A DNA stretch of 64,000 nucleotides, taken from NCBI GenBank assembly GCA_965263345.1, contig CBDHHC010000004.1, forward strand, positions 339,777 through 403,776, given 5' to 3'. Positions 1 to 8,100 of the stretch are shown one piece after another; the first letter of the stretch is position 1, and every line of letters begins with the position of its first letter. The position numbers were made by a program, and so were the translations under genes. The notes below the pieces were generated by a model. That model was given only the letters and a program-made list of their open reading frames with translations, searched no databases and had not been told where the DNA came from. The stretch comes from Methyloligellaceae bacterium. GTDB taxonomy: Bacteria > Pseudomonadota > Alphaproteobacteria > Rhizobiales > CBDHHC01.

Positions 1-138
1 CTGTTGATAGGCTTTAGCAAGCGCATTCATGAAGGCTTTTTTTGAAATACCACACCCGACCCATTTTAACTCTGCAGCGTGTGATGAAACTGAAAACATT
101 ATTAAACTTGCGGTAAGGATAAGAAATCTCTTAAACAT
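1..138 (-). CDS. 5' part of a periplasmic substrate-binding protein (PBP-like); runs off the window edge
   Basis: Manual translation from ATG at 138: MFKRFLILTASLIMFSVSSHAAELKWVGCGISKKAFMNALAKAYQQ. Signal peptide ending SHA-A, then a PBP-like N-terminus. Confidence 0.65.
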   Translation of the reverse strand, partial: MFKRFLILTASLIMFSVSSHAAELKWVGCGISKKAFMNALAKAYQQ

Positions 139-310
139 TCAATGGCCTATATAGCTTTGAGTTGAAAAATTCTAATTTAGTGACTAATTATAGATTATTT
201 ATCCTAAAAAAAAGCTAATAACAGTTGTTAATTTTATATTTTGAGACATTCTAAGCTGGTGGGAAAAGATTATTTAAGTGCTGAATCATTGGTAGTCATA
301 GTGTTTTGAA

Positions 311-395
311 TGGTGCGGGTGGGGAGAATCGAACTCCCACTCCCGAAGGAACGGGATTTTGAATCCCGCGCGTCTACCAATTCCGCCACACCCGC
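311..395 (-). tRNA. tRNA-Leu(CAA)
   Basis: Minus strand reads GCGGGTGTGGCGGAATTGGTAGAC...CGGGA-TTCAAAA-TCCCG...GTTCGATTC...CCCGCACCA: long variable arm, anticodon CAA, encoded CCA. Confidence 0.97.
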
Positions 396-629
396 ACTTT
401 GGTATGAAAATCGGCCTCTTATTAAGGATTGAGACGATTGTCGGTAGATGTGAAACGTGATCATAAGCATAGAATATGCTGCGTCAATATATAAGTTCGT
501 GTTTTTCAATTTGACTGTTATTTTCTTTACTTTAAAAGACAGTATAACATTATTTTTCTTAGGATATTTGTTAGATATCTCCCACACTTTCATCTTTTCT
601 TTGTGGCAATTAATAAGAGCGGTTGAACA

Positions 630-1265
630 ATGACCACACAAGCACAAATTCGCAGCATGACTGACCTTTTGGGCGACCTACAGGAAAGTGTTACTCAAGA
701 GTCCATTAGTTTTGGGGAAATTCTTGAGGCTTTCCATGAGCGAGGCTTTGGGTTCTTTCTGTTTATTTTCGCGTTACCCATGGCGCTTCCTTTGCCCGTT
801 CCTCCTGGGATCAATGTGTTGCTCGCAAGCCCGCTTTTGCTTTTAACGGCCCAACAGGCACTTGGACGCCATACAATCTGGATGCCGCAGGCGATAAAGA
901 AGAGGTCTTTGTCAAAAGACAAGCTTGATAAGATTATCGATACCTCTTCCCCCTGGCTGAGAAGAATTCAGTCTTTGGTGTTCCCAAGACTTGGCTTTAT
1001 TACCCACGGTATTTTCAGCAATATTATTGGACTTCTTGGTTTCATTATGGCCTTGTCAGTCTGTGTGCCTATTCCACTGACAAATACTGTTCCAAGCCTT
1101 GGTATTGCTTTGATGGCGATTGGGGTTTTGATGAGGGATGGTCTTGCTGTGCTGGCTGGTGCCATTATCGGGTCTGCCTGGGTGGCGATGCTCGTGGCTG
1201 TGACAGTTATTTTTGGGATGGAAGGTGTTGAAATCGCGAAGTCCTTTATTAAGTCTCTGTTTTAA
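630..1265 (+). CDS. exoD: Exopolysaccharide biosynthesis ExoD-family membrane protein
   Basis: ERGFGFFLFIFALPMALPLP and PIPLTNTVPSLGIALMAIG..RDG motifs; 211 aa hydrophobic. Confidence 0.85.
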   Translation: MTTQAQIRSMTDLLGDLQESVTQESISFGEILEAFHERGFGFFLFIFALPMALPLPVPPGINVLLASPLLLLTAQQALGRHTIWMPQAIKKRSLSKDKLDKIIDTSSPWLRRIQSLVFPRLGFITHGIFSNIIGLLGFIMALSVCVPIPLTNTVPSLGIALMAIGVLMRDGLAVLAGAIIGSAWVAMLVAVTVIFGMEGVEIAKSFIKSLF

Positions 1266-1308
1266 GCTAATGGTTATGAATAATCTTTTTTAAAATTAAG
1301 AGCTTGAT

Positions 1309-1818
1309 ATGTTCGCTGACCTGCAAAAAGCCCCGCCATTGTATATGTCCCTCGTGACACTCATTACTGCAAGTCTGGTGATTTTGGCTTCTGCCTGGGG
1401 GTTTGAGATCTTTGGCGGATATGCCCCCTGCCCGCTTTGCTTGAAGCAAAGATGGGCTTATTATTTTGCTATTGCTAGCCTTGTTCCTGCTCTTTTGCTT
1501 TATCGACATGATTATAAGATTGCTGTCTATATTATATTAGCTGCCGTGGTGCTTGCATTTATAGCGAACAGCATTTTTGGGGTTTATCATTCTGGCATTG
1601 AATGGAAATGGTGGGATGGACCAGCTTCTTGTGCTGGCGGAGGCGATGTCGGTGGTGGTGCTTCAGGCATTCTGGAAAAACTTAAAACGACACGTTTTAT
1701 AAGATGTGATGAAGCGCCCTGGCGTTTTCTAGGGATTTCTTTTGCTGGCTATAATGCTATATTTTCTGCTTTGCTTGCTGGTATTGGCGCTTATGGTTTA
1801 TTCGGTCGCAAAGATTAA
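1309..1818 (+). CDS. dsbB: Disulfide bond formation protein B
   Basis: PCPLCLKQR, second Cys pair (GPASC...RCDEAPWRFLGIS), four TM segments. Confidence 0.88.
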   Translation: MFADLQKAPPLYMSLVTLITASLVILASAWGFEIFGGYAPCPLCLKQRWAYYFAIASLVPALLLYRHDYKIAVYIILAAVVLAFIANSIFGVYHSGIEWKWWDGPASCAGGGDVGGGASGILEKLKTTRFIRCDEAPWRFLGISFAGYNAIFSALLAGIGAYGLFGRKD

Positions 1819-1839
1819 TTTATTTTTTAAGGTGGAATT

Positions 1840-2127
1840 ATGAGTATTTTGCGTATTTATGAATTTCAAGCCTCAGAAGGTCATTCCGATGGTCTTCATG
1901 TTTTCCTTAAAGATTTAATGGCTCATATGAGCCAGGTTGATGGGTGTCTTGATACTCAAATCTATAGAGGTGCTAAAAACTCAGAGAAATTCGTTGTTAT
2001 TGAGAGTTGGGCTTCTCAAGAACATCACGAAAAATCTTTTGAGCATTTCCCTAAAGAGAAGATGCAGGCTGCCAAACATTTGTTTGGAGGGCCTCCTCAA
2101 GGTGATTATTTCATAGATGCTTCTTGA
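1840..2127 (+). CDS. Antibiotic biosynthesis monooxygenase (ABM) family protein
   Basis: 95 aa with GCL....R.....KFVVIESWASQEHH pattern. Confidence 0.75.
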   Translation: MSILRIYEFQASEGHSDGLHVFLKDLMAHMSQVDGCLDTQIYRGAKNSEKFVVIESWASQEHHEKSFEHFPKEKMQAAKHLFGGPPQGDYFIDAS

Positions 2128-2362
2128 GCCGATCTCTTGCTTTGAAAATCGTATAGTCAGTTTTGTCCTCTTACATGAAGGTTGATGGCAGCCTCATTTT
2201 TGTCATAAATCGACATGGTTGCGAAAAATTATCAAATTTTTAAAAGATTATTTTTCGCAAAAAAAGAATCATTTTTTTACTCGCCAAATTCTATTGATAA
2301 ACTGGTTTAGCTTACCAATATAATCCTTTCATCAAGAAGCTTTTTTTCAGTTAATAAAATTC

Positions 2363-2377
2363 TTAATAAATCGTTAA
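2363..2377. promoter_or_regulatory. CtrA-box-like site
   Basis: TTAA-TAAATCG-TTAA (TTAA-N7-TTAA), extra TTAA half-site at 2351, GANTC at 2381. Confidence 0.45.
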
Positions 2378-2484
2378 AACGAATCAAAATGCTTGCCATG
2401 TGTTTCAAATGACACATATTTTATGTCTGGTTTTTAGAGAATCTGCGAAAGTTTTCCTCTGCCAGAGGACTAAAAAAGTTATGG

Positions 2485-2500
2485 TTAACAAAGGGTTAAC
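2485..2500. promoter_or_regulatory. CtrA binding site
   Basis: TTAA-CAAAGGG-TTAAC, an exact TTAA-N7-TTAAC match. Confidence 0.6.
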
Positions 2501-2593
2501 AATTGTCAAAATTGGGACAGATACCGTTCACATTGTAAACATAATCTTGAGTAGAAATAAAACTCAACAAGGCGATAAAAAAACGCCAGGCAC

Positions 2594-2621
2594 TTGAAAG
2601 AACCAAAAGAGAACATATATA
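2594..2621 (+). promoter_or_regulatory. sigma70-type promoter with an alphaproteobacterial LexA (SOS) box in the spacer
   Basis: TTGAAA (2594-2599), GAAC-CAAAAGA-GAAC (2600-2614, GAAC-N7-GAAC), TATATA (2616-2621). Confidence 0.75.
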
Positions 2622-2661
2622 GGATTTATTATAAAACAAAAGTTAACAGAGAGTGAAATCC

Positions 2662-2865
2662 ATGAGTAAAGGGTCTACTTTTACACCAGTTGGAGCGGAA
2701 ACAAATAAGATTATCTCTAGAATACTTGAGAAAAGATCTGGAAATAATTTTAATACTTTAAATAGGAAAGAAATACTTGAAGTGAGAGGAAATGATAATA
2801 CCCCCAATATCAATTCTTCTGCGTCTCTTCAGCTTAATCTTTTCGAACATGCTGTAGGCAGTTGA
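2662..2865 (+). CDS. Small hypothetical protein (67 aa), probably SOS-inducible, with C-terminal QLNLF motif
   Basis: ATG at 2662 (alternative GTG at 2653) after AGAGAG and directly downstream of the LexA-boxed promoter; ends SLQLNLFEHAVGS. Confidence 0.6.
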   Translation: MSKGSTFTPVGAETNKIISRILEKRSGNNFNTLNRKEILEVRGNDNTPNINSSASLQLNLFEHAVGS

Positions 2866-2891
2866 ACATATAAGAACTGAGACAGGAGTTA

Positions 2892-2999
2892 ATGAAGTTA
2901 GGCAAATACATTCAAAAGAACAGAACCACCGATGGCTTCGTATGGCATAGTCCCGCGTTTCGTCGCCACCCTCTTGAATGTATTTGCCGCCAAATTTGA
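2892..2999 (+). CDS. Putative 35-aa peptide
   Basis: AGGAG RBS at 2884-2888, then MKLGKYIQKNRTTDGFVWHSPAFRRHPLECICRQI*. RBS spacing is short and the ORF is below the track cutoff. Confidence 0.35.
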   Translation: MKLGKYIQKNRTTDGFVWHSPAFRRHPLECICRQI

Positions 3000-3670
3000 G
3001 AGTAACAGGGAAAATTATCTGCCCCACTCTGTTACCCTCAATTTAAACATGAGCGTATTTGCTATTTCTTGCTCTAGCCCCCTCATGGAAATAGCAAAAT
3101 CATGTTGCAAGCGGAGTGTATCGAGTTTGCTTGTATTTAAGTAGTGTATGAGTTGCGTAAGTGTAGTAGAGTTAAGCGTTTTATTAAGTTTGCGTATTGT
3201 TGCGTTAAGAGTACATGGTTTTAATTGGTTTTGCGTATCCAGTAAGTTGCGTTGTGTAGCAAGACGTGAGTGTTTTAAAACGTCTTAGTATTCATGATGG
3301 TATGCGTTTTTTACCTGTGTTCATGAGTCTGTCTTATTCGTTGTGTAGAGTATCATGAGTAATGCGTACTTGTAGTGTTTGAGTATTTGTATCAGTTGAG
3401 TTGCGTATACGTATGAGTTATTGCGTAGTTGTATTGCGTAAGCGTAAAAAGTATTGAGTATCTGAGTAAGTTAGTATTGTTGCGTAAATTTAGTAGCGTA
3501 TTGAGTAAAGCAGTATTTTCATGCCCCCAAATACATGACTATGCTGTCAGTAAGTGTAAAGCGTATTGAGTATTAAACTATAAATAGCGTACCCCGTTAT
3601 AGGAATTATGCGGAAAACTCCGAACTCAGACTTATCTTACCCCTCAAGTCTGAGTTCGGTATTTCTATCT
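2998..3670 (+). ncRNA. Putative long structured non-coding RNA or 3' trailer with repeated G(C/A/U)GUA motifs and C-rich-loop hairpins
   Basis: No credible ORF; about 28 strand-biased GHGTA pentamers; hairpins at 2998-3039, 3046-3106, 3510-3547, 3578-3602 and 3620-3659 each with CCCC(C) in the loop; ends at a terminator. Confidence 0.55.
3620..3670 (+). terminator. Intrinsic terminator, probably bidirectional
   Basis: Perfect 14-bp stem CCGAACTCAGACTT/AAGTCTGAGTTCGG followed by TATTTCTATCT; lies 25 nt beyond the stop of the convergent TauE gene. Confidence 0.8.
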
Positions 3671-3684
3671 CTTCTGAAATCCTC

Positions 3685-4608
3685 TTAAACAACTACTGCT
3701 GATAATAATATCCAAATTGTACATAACCATTTTATTGGGTTAGCGCCAATGCGGGTTACTGTTAGACGAGCGATATATCCCCCGATTATTGCCCCTGGTG
3801 CTACCATTAAAGCAATATCTAATCTTAACGCGGGATTATCCCAGATAAAGAATGCGCAACATAAAACTGTTACAGATGTTGTCACAACAGCAAGTCCGAT
3901 TGCATCAACAGCGTCATATCTTCGTAAAATTAGATATACTGCTAAGAGCTCACCAACACCTATAGAAATCCACGAGACCAATACCCCTCCAGCAATGCCA
4001 ACGATTATCAAAGGAATGATCTCAAAATTTAAATTGTTTTCAGGGTTTCTTTCTGTTTTATTTCCAAACAATAAAGAAAAGAGCATGAAGCATCCAAGAA
4101 TTAATGAGAGATATTTAAATAATACAATTATATCATTAGACGCTTTTATATTGTAATGCAGACACAAAGCGGCGGAAATGCTTGAAAAGACACTCACCAA
4201 TATTGCAATGAAGTAAAAATTTGATGTGCTAAGACGACCCTTTTGGGGATTGGCTAGCCTATGGGATTGATAAGCCATTGATCCCATTGTCATACCAAAA
4301 CACTGAATTAAAATGCTCGATGTAAGTATCGAAGCATTTGACAGACCTAAATAATAAAAGGCAGGGACAAATATGATTCCTCCACCAACACCAGTTGCAT
4401 TGGCAAAAAAAGCTCCAAAAACTCCTAATAGGATGAGCCAAATATTCTGAAAAATAATGTCAGAGCTTAATAATGTTACGATTAAGCTCACACATATGAT
4501 TGGGTTAATAATTTTTATAAACCAAATAACTCTCAGACCGAGCCGGGTATATTCTTCGTTTGTTTTTGAAATATTATATTTTTGTAAAAGCATATTAAGT
4601 ATCACCAT
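3685..4608 (-). CDS. Sulfite exporter TauE/SafE family membrane protein
   Basis: GAFFANATGVGGGIIFVP and GGVLVSWISIGVGE repeats; multiple TM segments. True start may be downstream. Confidence 0.8.
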   Translation of the reverse strand: MVILNMLLQKYNISKTNEEYTRLGLRVIWFIKIINPIICVSLIVTLLSSDIIFQNIWLILLGVFGAFFANATGVGGGIIFVPAFYYLGLSNASILTSSILIQCFGMTMGSMAYQSHRLANPQKGRLSTSNFYFIAILVSVFSSISAALCLHYNIKASNDIIVLFKYLSLILGCFMLFSLLFGNKTERNPENNLNFEIIPLIIVGIAGGVLVSWISIGVGELLAVYLILRRYDAVDAIGLAVVTTSVTVLCCAFFIWDNPALRLDIALMVAPGAIIGGYIARLTVTRIGANPIKWLCTIWILLSAVVV

Positions 4609-4705
4609 AACTCAATTCATAGGCGCTGAATTAAAGCACAATGGAACAAAATATGTCAAAAGTAGAATAAACTGTTTGTTATATTAAGCCTAATACAATT
4701 TTGTT

Positions 4706-4882
4706 TTACAGTTCAGTTCCAAAGAACATTGAGGCTACACCTAGGCCTACTGCCATAACACATGCTAATGCAGTTTTTGCAGAACTCTTCGTTAAGAATA
4801 TTCCAGAACACTTATTCTCAATTTTTTCAGCTAGAGGTGTGTTCAAAATTTCAGAATTTACCATTGAAATCGTATTCATCAT
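4706..4882 (-). CDS. Small membrane protein (58 aa), not in the ORF track
   Basis: GGGAG RBS, then MMNTISMVNSEILNTPLAEKIENKCSGIFLTKSSAKTALACVMAVGLGVASMFFGTEL*; one C-terminal TM helix. Confidence 0.5.
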   Translation of the reverse strand: MMNTISMVNSEILNTPLAEKIENKCSGIFLTKSSAKTALACVMAVGLGVASMFFGTEL

Positions 4883-5072
4883 AATATCTCCCGTTTCCTT
4901 TAATGATGTCTTGATGTTGAAATCATATTGTCATAGAGGCTCAGGGGAAGATGTGATATTCATCACAGTTTTTAAAATTGTTCTATTCTGGAAATTTCAA
5001 ATGTTATTAGAAATATGAGTTAAGTTATTGTTACTTATAACTATTTGTTTTTTTAAATACTATATTCACATC

Positions 5073-5106
5073 CAGAGCACATATTTGTGAACATATATGC
5101 GCTCTG
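5073..5106. terminator. Stem-loop downstream of the double-ATPase gene
   Basis: CAGAGCACATAT...ATATGCGCTCTG inverted repeat about 26 nt past the stop; no clear U tract. Confidence 0.4.
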
Positions 5107-5132
5107 AAAAGAATATTCGTTTTAGCAATTCA

Positions 5133-8100
5133 TTATCCAAAATCAAACAGGAGTTGGTTTTTACGCTTTCGTTTTGTTGGATGTCTTGCGGTATCTGCCG
5201 CAAGATCTTCAATGCGATCAAACGGAACTTGATCTGCCTGAACCAATGATCTTTCTGCCTTAATTGATTTAATTGCTCCTTCCTGAATCAGGTGGAACTC
5301 ACCAACTTTTTGGTTTGGTAATACAGCTGCAGGATCAATACCCGTTTCGCTTGTAAATGCAGCTTTTAGTTTCCTTAAAGCTGTATCTTCCCTAACCTTA
5401 CCAATAAACCATGATGTTATCTGGTCTCTTGATTTATAGTCTAAGTCACCAGGACTTTGCGTTGCCAACATCAAGCCGATTCCTGCCGAGCGTGCTCGTT
5501 TAAGCAAACTTTCAAGAGGCTCTTTTGTTGCAGGTTTTGAATTTGCAGGGATGTATAAGTCAGCTTCATCAAACATGATAACTGCTTGAAGATCTTCATT
5601 TGGGTTTCTTTGACAAAAACGTAGAGCTTCTGCAAGGAACTGGGCGACCCAAAAGAGGATATTTTCATTGTCACCCAAGAAACCGGTATAAATTACAGAA
5701 AGACGTGTTTTATCTGAGCGTGCATATTTACCCAATCCCAAAAGAGAGTCCATTGTTAGAGGTTCCCCGCCTCCTTCAAACAAGGCCCAATTTCTATGAC
5801 GTAATGAATCAAGCTGTGCAACAAGATCTCTTCTTAGTTTACCAGAAGGGTCCATACGATATGTTTCATCGACAACTTCGCTATGGTCATCCTCAAGAAG
5901 ACCTATCAGGTCAGCAAGTGTGACTTCTCTTGCACTGATTGCCCCTAATAAGCGAAGTGCAACAGTCAGAATTCCACCCTGTCTTTGATGCGTCGCTGAA
6001 TTACCTAGGTGTAACATATCACTTAAGGCAGCAGCTGATACATTTGCCAATTGTTGCTGTTCATGAGCGGGAAGATCTGCAACACCATTTGGCATCAATG
6101 TGATGGATATTGGACGTCCTGAAATGCGACCAGGCGTGTAAACTGCTACATCTAAATTTTCTTTTAGTTTTTCACGAATTTCGCGCCGCTCATCACTTAA
6201 ACTTAAGTCATCTTCCCAAACTTCTGGGTTTGCATAGCTACATAAATCACCCTTGCGGTCGATGAGGATGACAGGGATCTCTCTATCCAAAAGCTGTTCG
6301 ATGATGTTCAGAGCAAGTGTTGTTTTACCACTACCTGAGCCACCTAATACTGCAGCATGACGTTTTAAGGTATTTACAGGGAAAATGACTTGTTCTTTTT
6401 TATTTTCAATTACCCGACCGACATTAATTTTATCTGGATCAGAAACCAGTTCTTCTATTTCATTTTCTAATACAAGTTCTTCAGTTTGTTGTTCAGACTG
6501 TTCGCCATTTTGCTCTTCTGCTACCAAGTCATTATTTTCCATATCAATTGACTTGTTGGCAAAATCAACATGATGGATGTTACTTTCAGCATTTTGCATC
6601 TGCCCATTAGCAGACGTTCCATTGATGTGATGAACTTGTTGAATTGTTTGATCTGCGGTATTTTCCACCATTTTGATTGGTTGAGCAGACTTTGGTTGCG
6701 TTGTCTCTGTTAAATCCAATCTTAGTAGATAACGAATACCTGGCAGATCTTTTAAGATGCGCGAAACTTTCATCCAATCTGAAAAACCTGTCTGGCTTTT
6801 ATTCGCATCCCTAAATTCCTGAAGTGTGATTATACGTTCCCACTCATAGATCGGAATGACAAGAGTATGACCACCATCCTGATTAAACTGTCTTAATAAA
6901 TCACTTGTTGCACTTTTCTTGCTTGGTGGAAAATCACTTGTTCTTAAAATAATTGAGTCTTTATTTTCCGTGCTGCATAGAACTTTTTCCAATTGTCTCT
7001 TTAATCCGCCCCCCTGGCTCCCTTTATTACAAACAAAAAGTCTATATTCGACTGTCGGCATGTCTGTATATTCGAGCGTTAAATCAATCGCAGAAACACC
7101 TTCAATCCAAGATGGCTCAACTGATACGCGCGTATCAGCCATTCCTTCTTCGCGGCTCAATAGCAGGGCAGAGGTAAGGATATTAATTAACTCATCTTCA
7201 TCAGATGGGATATCGGCCTCATGAGCAGAGGCAAAATGCTCCCATTTCTGCTGGATCATACTGACTTCATTTTCTTTTTGTTGATCCGGCATGAGTGTTG
7301 GAGAGACTTTTTGAATTTTGTCTTCTTCAGCTATCTCTTCACCACATATTTCACGACGTTTTATTTCAGCAGCTTCTAGAAGACGTCTGGTTGAGAGGCC
7401 CGCCATTTCGTTGACAAAGGTATCGCCAAATACCTGTTCGACCTCAGCTTCAGTTGTATCTTCTGACTTTGACACAATGTGCTTCAGTCGGCGCTTAAGG
7501 ATAAGCCGTGCTTCTTCTTCCGTGCGAGATTCTCGCAAGATAACCGGGCCAGCTTTCTCAATTCTATCTACAAATGATTGGGGTAAAAATTCTCTCATTT
7601 GAAAATAAAAATCATCTAAGCAGGAAATAAGTATTATTGCGGATGGCACTCGGTTCGCAATTTGTATTAAGTCTCTTATTGCTTTTTGGAACCGCTCTTC
7701 AGCATCATCATAAAACCTTAAGTCTTCAACCTGATCAATACAAAAAACCATTGCCGCTTTTTCAGTCGTCCACATTAAACGGCCTATTGACTCAATAATC
7801 TCAAACGAACGATCTTCTCCATCATTTGGGTCTAATGCAGCAACGGACTCACTGCTTAACTCATTCAAATGACGACCATAAAGATACTGCCTGATACGTT
7901 GATCAATTTTTGGATCATTACGCTGAAGATAAAGCAGTGCCCTTACAATATTGATATCTAATTCTTGATCTATGAATTTATCAGATGAGACGATACCATC
8001 TGCAATATTCATGATTAAACGTGCCAAGTCTATGTTTGACAAATCCTCATCACGTAGTTTGCTCAGATCCTCTTCTGGGATGAGTTCTGCGTCAGAAACC

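Noticed and set aside
311-395. tRNA as the integration site of a genomic island
   Set aside because: No integrase or duplicated tRNA 3' end found; the 3' side faces the window edge, so it cannot be fully excluded.
270-647. 125-aa minus-strand ORF
   Set aside because: Overlaps tRNA-Leu on the same strand and the exoD start; spurious.
2130-2650. Replication origin (CtrA boxes, GANTC sites, AT-rich)
   Set aside because: No DnaA boxes seen and no hemE/parAB/dnaA context; a promoter reading explains it better.
2400-3144. ORFs 2400-2597(+), 2758-3027(-) and 2932-3144(+)
   Set aside because: No RBS; they overlap the promoter, better-supported ORFs or RNA hairpins.
3100-3600. CRISPR array, type III toxin-antitoxin repeats or microsatellite
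   Set aside because: No constant-length repeat or spacer periodicity; repeats are 5-13 nt and irregular; no cas or toxN gene nearby.
4701-5018. 105-aa plus-strand ORF
   Set aside because: Antisense shadow of the 58-aa minus-strand ORF that has an RBS.
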